Part shown: positions 62,941-64,000 of the stretch, piece by piece
How positions within the stretch are numbered: the first letter of the stretch is position 1
Layout of the letters: every line of letters starts with the position of its first letter
Source of the DNA: an uncultured delta proteobacterium
Lineage (GTDB): Bacteria > Desulfobacterota > Zymogenia > Zymogenales > Zymogenaceae
DNA: 64,000 nucleotides
NCBI GenBank assembly: GCA_963792965.1
Contig: CAWBYW010000004.1
Coordinates: forward strand, 225,080 to 289,079
Direction: 5' to 3'
Notes under the pieces: generated by a model
Databases searched by the model: none
Told to the model about the DNA's origin: nothing
The model's input: only the letters and a program-made list of their open reading frames with translations
Program-made: the position numbers and the translations under genes

Positions 62941-64000
62941 CGAGTGATTAGGATAAGAAGTGTTAAGCTTGTGCAAAAAAAAGATTGTTTTACTGAATCC
63001 GGCCCATTTCCGGTTCCCATTGGCTCTCCATTAGCCTCAGATTCCCAATTGCTCTCGGATATCGTTGTTTCAGGATTTTTCAATTTTAGGATCTCAACTG
63101 ATGTCCCTTCTGTCGGGCCTTCTGGCTATGCGATGCCAATCGCGGCTCTGGTTGTCCATGTCGAGAACGGGACGCAAACCCTCCATGCAGATTGGCGCTA
63201 TTTTTCAACATCCTCTACAGGCGAGGAGATGCTTATAAGTACCGATGATCGGGGTTACATGGATCCCTGACAATACGAAGAAATTCGCCTATAAAACCTT
63301 CAGTTTGATCCCGAATGCTGTCGATCCTGATGGGCAAACGGCTGCCATAGCGCCCGGAAGTTTGACTGTTGGTTTCGACAGCAGCAGCGCCGATTGGCAG
63401 AATCAGTTCTCTCTAGTCGAAATGGACAGAACAGCAATCGAAGGGGATACGGTCGCCATAAATTTCGGCAATTTCCTGATTACTTTAGTTGTCGACCAAT
63501 CCGGATCCATGACATGGAATGACAACGAAGGAACGCGCTTCGATTTCCTTGAGGGGCTTGTCAATGACATAGATTCGGCTTTGACAACCTGGAATCCTAA
63601 TTCGACCATATCATATTCCTTGATCCAATTCAAGGGCCGGCGCATCAGCAACATGACCATCGGCATCCAAGGATCCCAGAATTCAGGGCTTCATTTCGAT
63701 GGGGTTTATCTAGTCAGGAAGATACACAGGATCTCCTCCGACAGGAATAAATGACGGAGATTTGATACTGGATTTAGGAATAACGGAAACATATGAGGAT
63801 GTAATATTCCATATCCATTGGGAACTGTTCTGCATTATGCCCTATTCTCTTATGCTAAATTTTCCGATGAGAGAGCCTATTCTGCTGAAAAAAATGGTTT
63901 TACTACGCTGGCTTCAAATCCGGCTGCTCCATTCGGAGTTGCGGGAATAGAAGCCGATTCGGTCATAACTGACAGTAATGGTAATGACCTGTCCCTAAGT
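62940..64000 (+). other. Fragmented coding sequence of a different style containing a vWA (MIDAS) domain
   Basis: ORF 63245-63754 has ITLVVDQSGSM..ND...R (DxSxS). Flanking frames are beta-rich, and the region is visibly less GC-rich than the host genes. Confidence 0.55.

Overview
64 kb of mostly core chromosome from a moderately GC-rich Gram-negative bacterium; gene content and order suggest a Deltaproteobacteria/Desulfobacterota-type organism (inference). Contents: an ECF sigma/zinc anti-sigma/trxB cluster, a nucleotide-sugar dehydrogenase, skp, a sigma54-driven type IV pilin, stand-alone trpB2, an HD-GYP/CRP/class II phosphodiesterase cluster, accD-folC, coaBC-udg-nfeD-fabH-mutS, a complete V/A-type ATPase operon, a type IIG restriction-modification gene with an AT-rich specificity region and an AT-rich orphan ORF, nadB, pgsA-lptFG, rho-rpmE-prfA-prmC-murA-hisD, an MMPL/B12-radical SAM pair, and a PAS gene that runs into unrelated vWA-coding sequence at the right end. 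About a dozen genes, including atpA/B and prmC, are broken by mostly +1 single-base insertions, most likely long-read assembly errors. The best signals missing from the ORF track are: (1) a Trp leader peptide with a five-segment, tandem-terminator attenuator in front of trpB2; (2) an FmdB-type zinc-ribbon ORF with in-frame TGA codons and a SECIS-like hairpin directly behind trxB; (3) CRP/FNR-like boxes in front of the cyclic-nucleotide cluster and the PAS gene. No rRNA, tRNA, CRISPR array or transposase was recognised. All calls come from reading the sequence by eye; no database searches were run.
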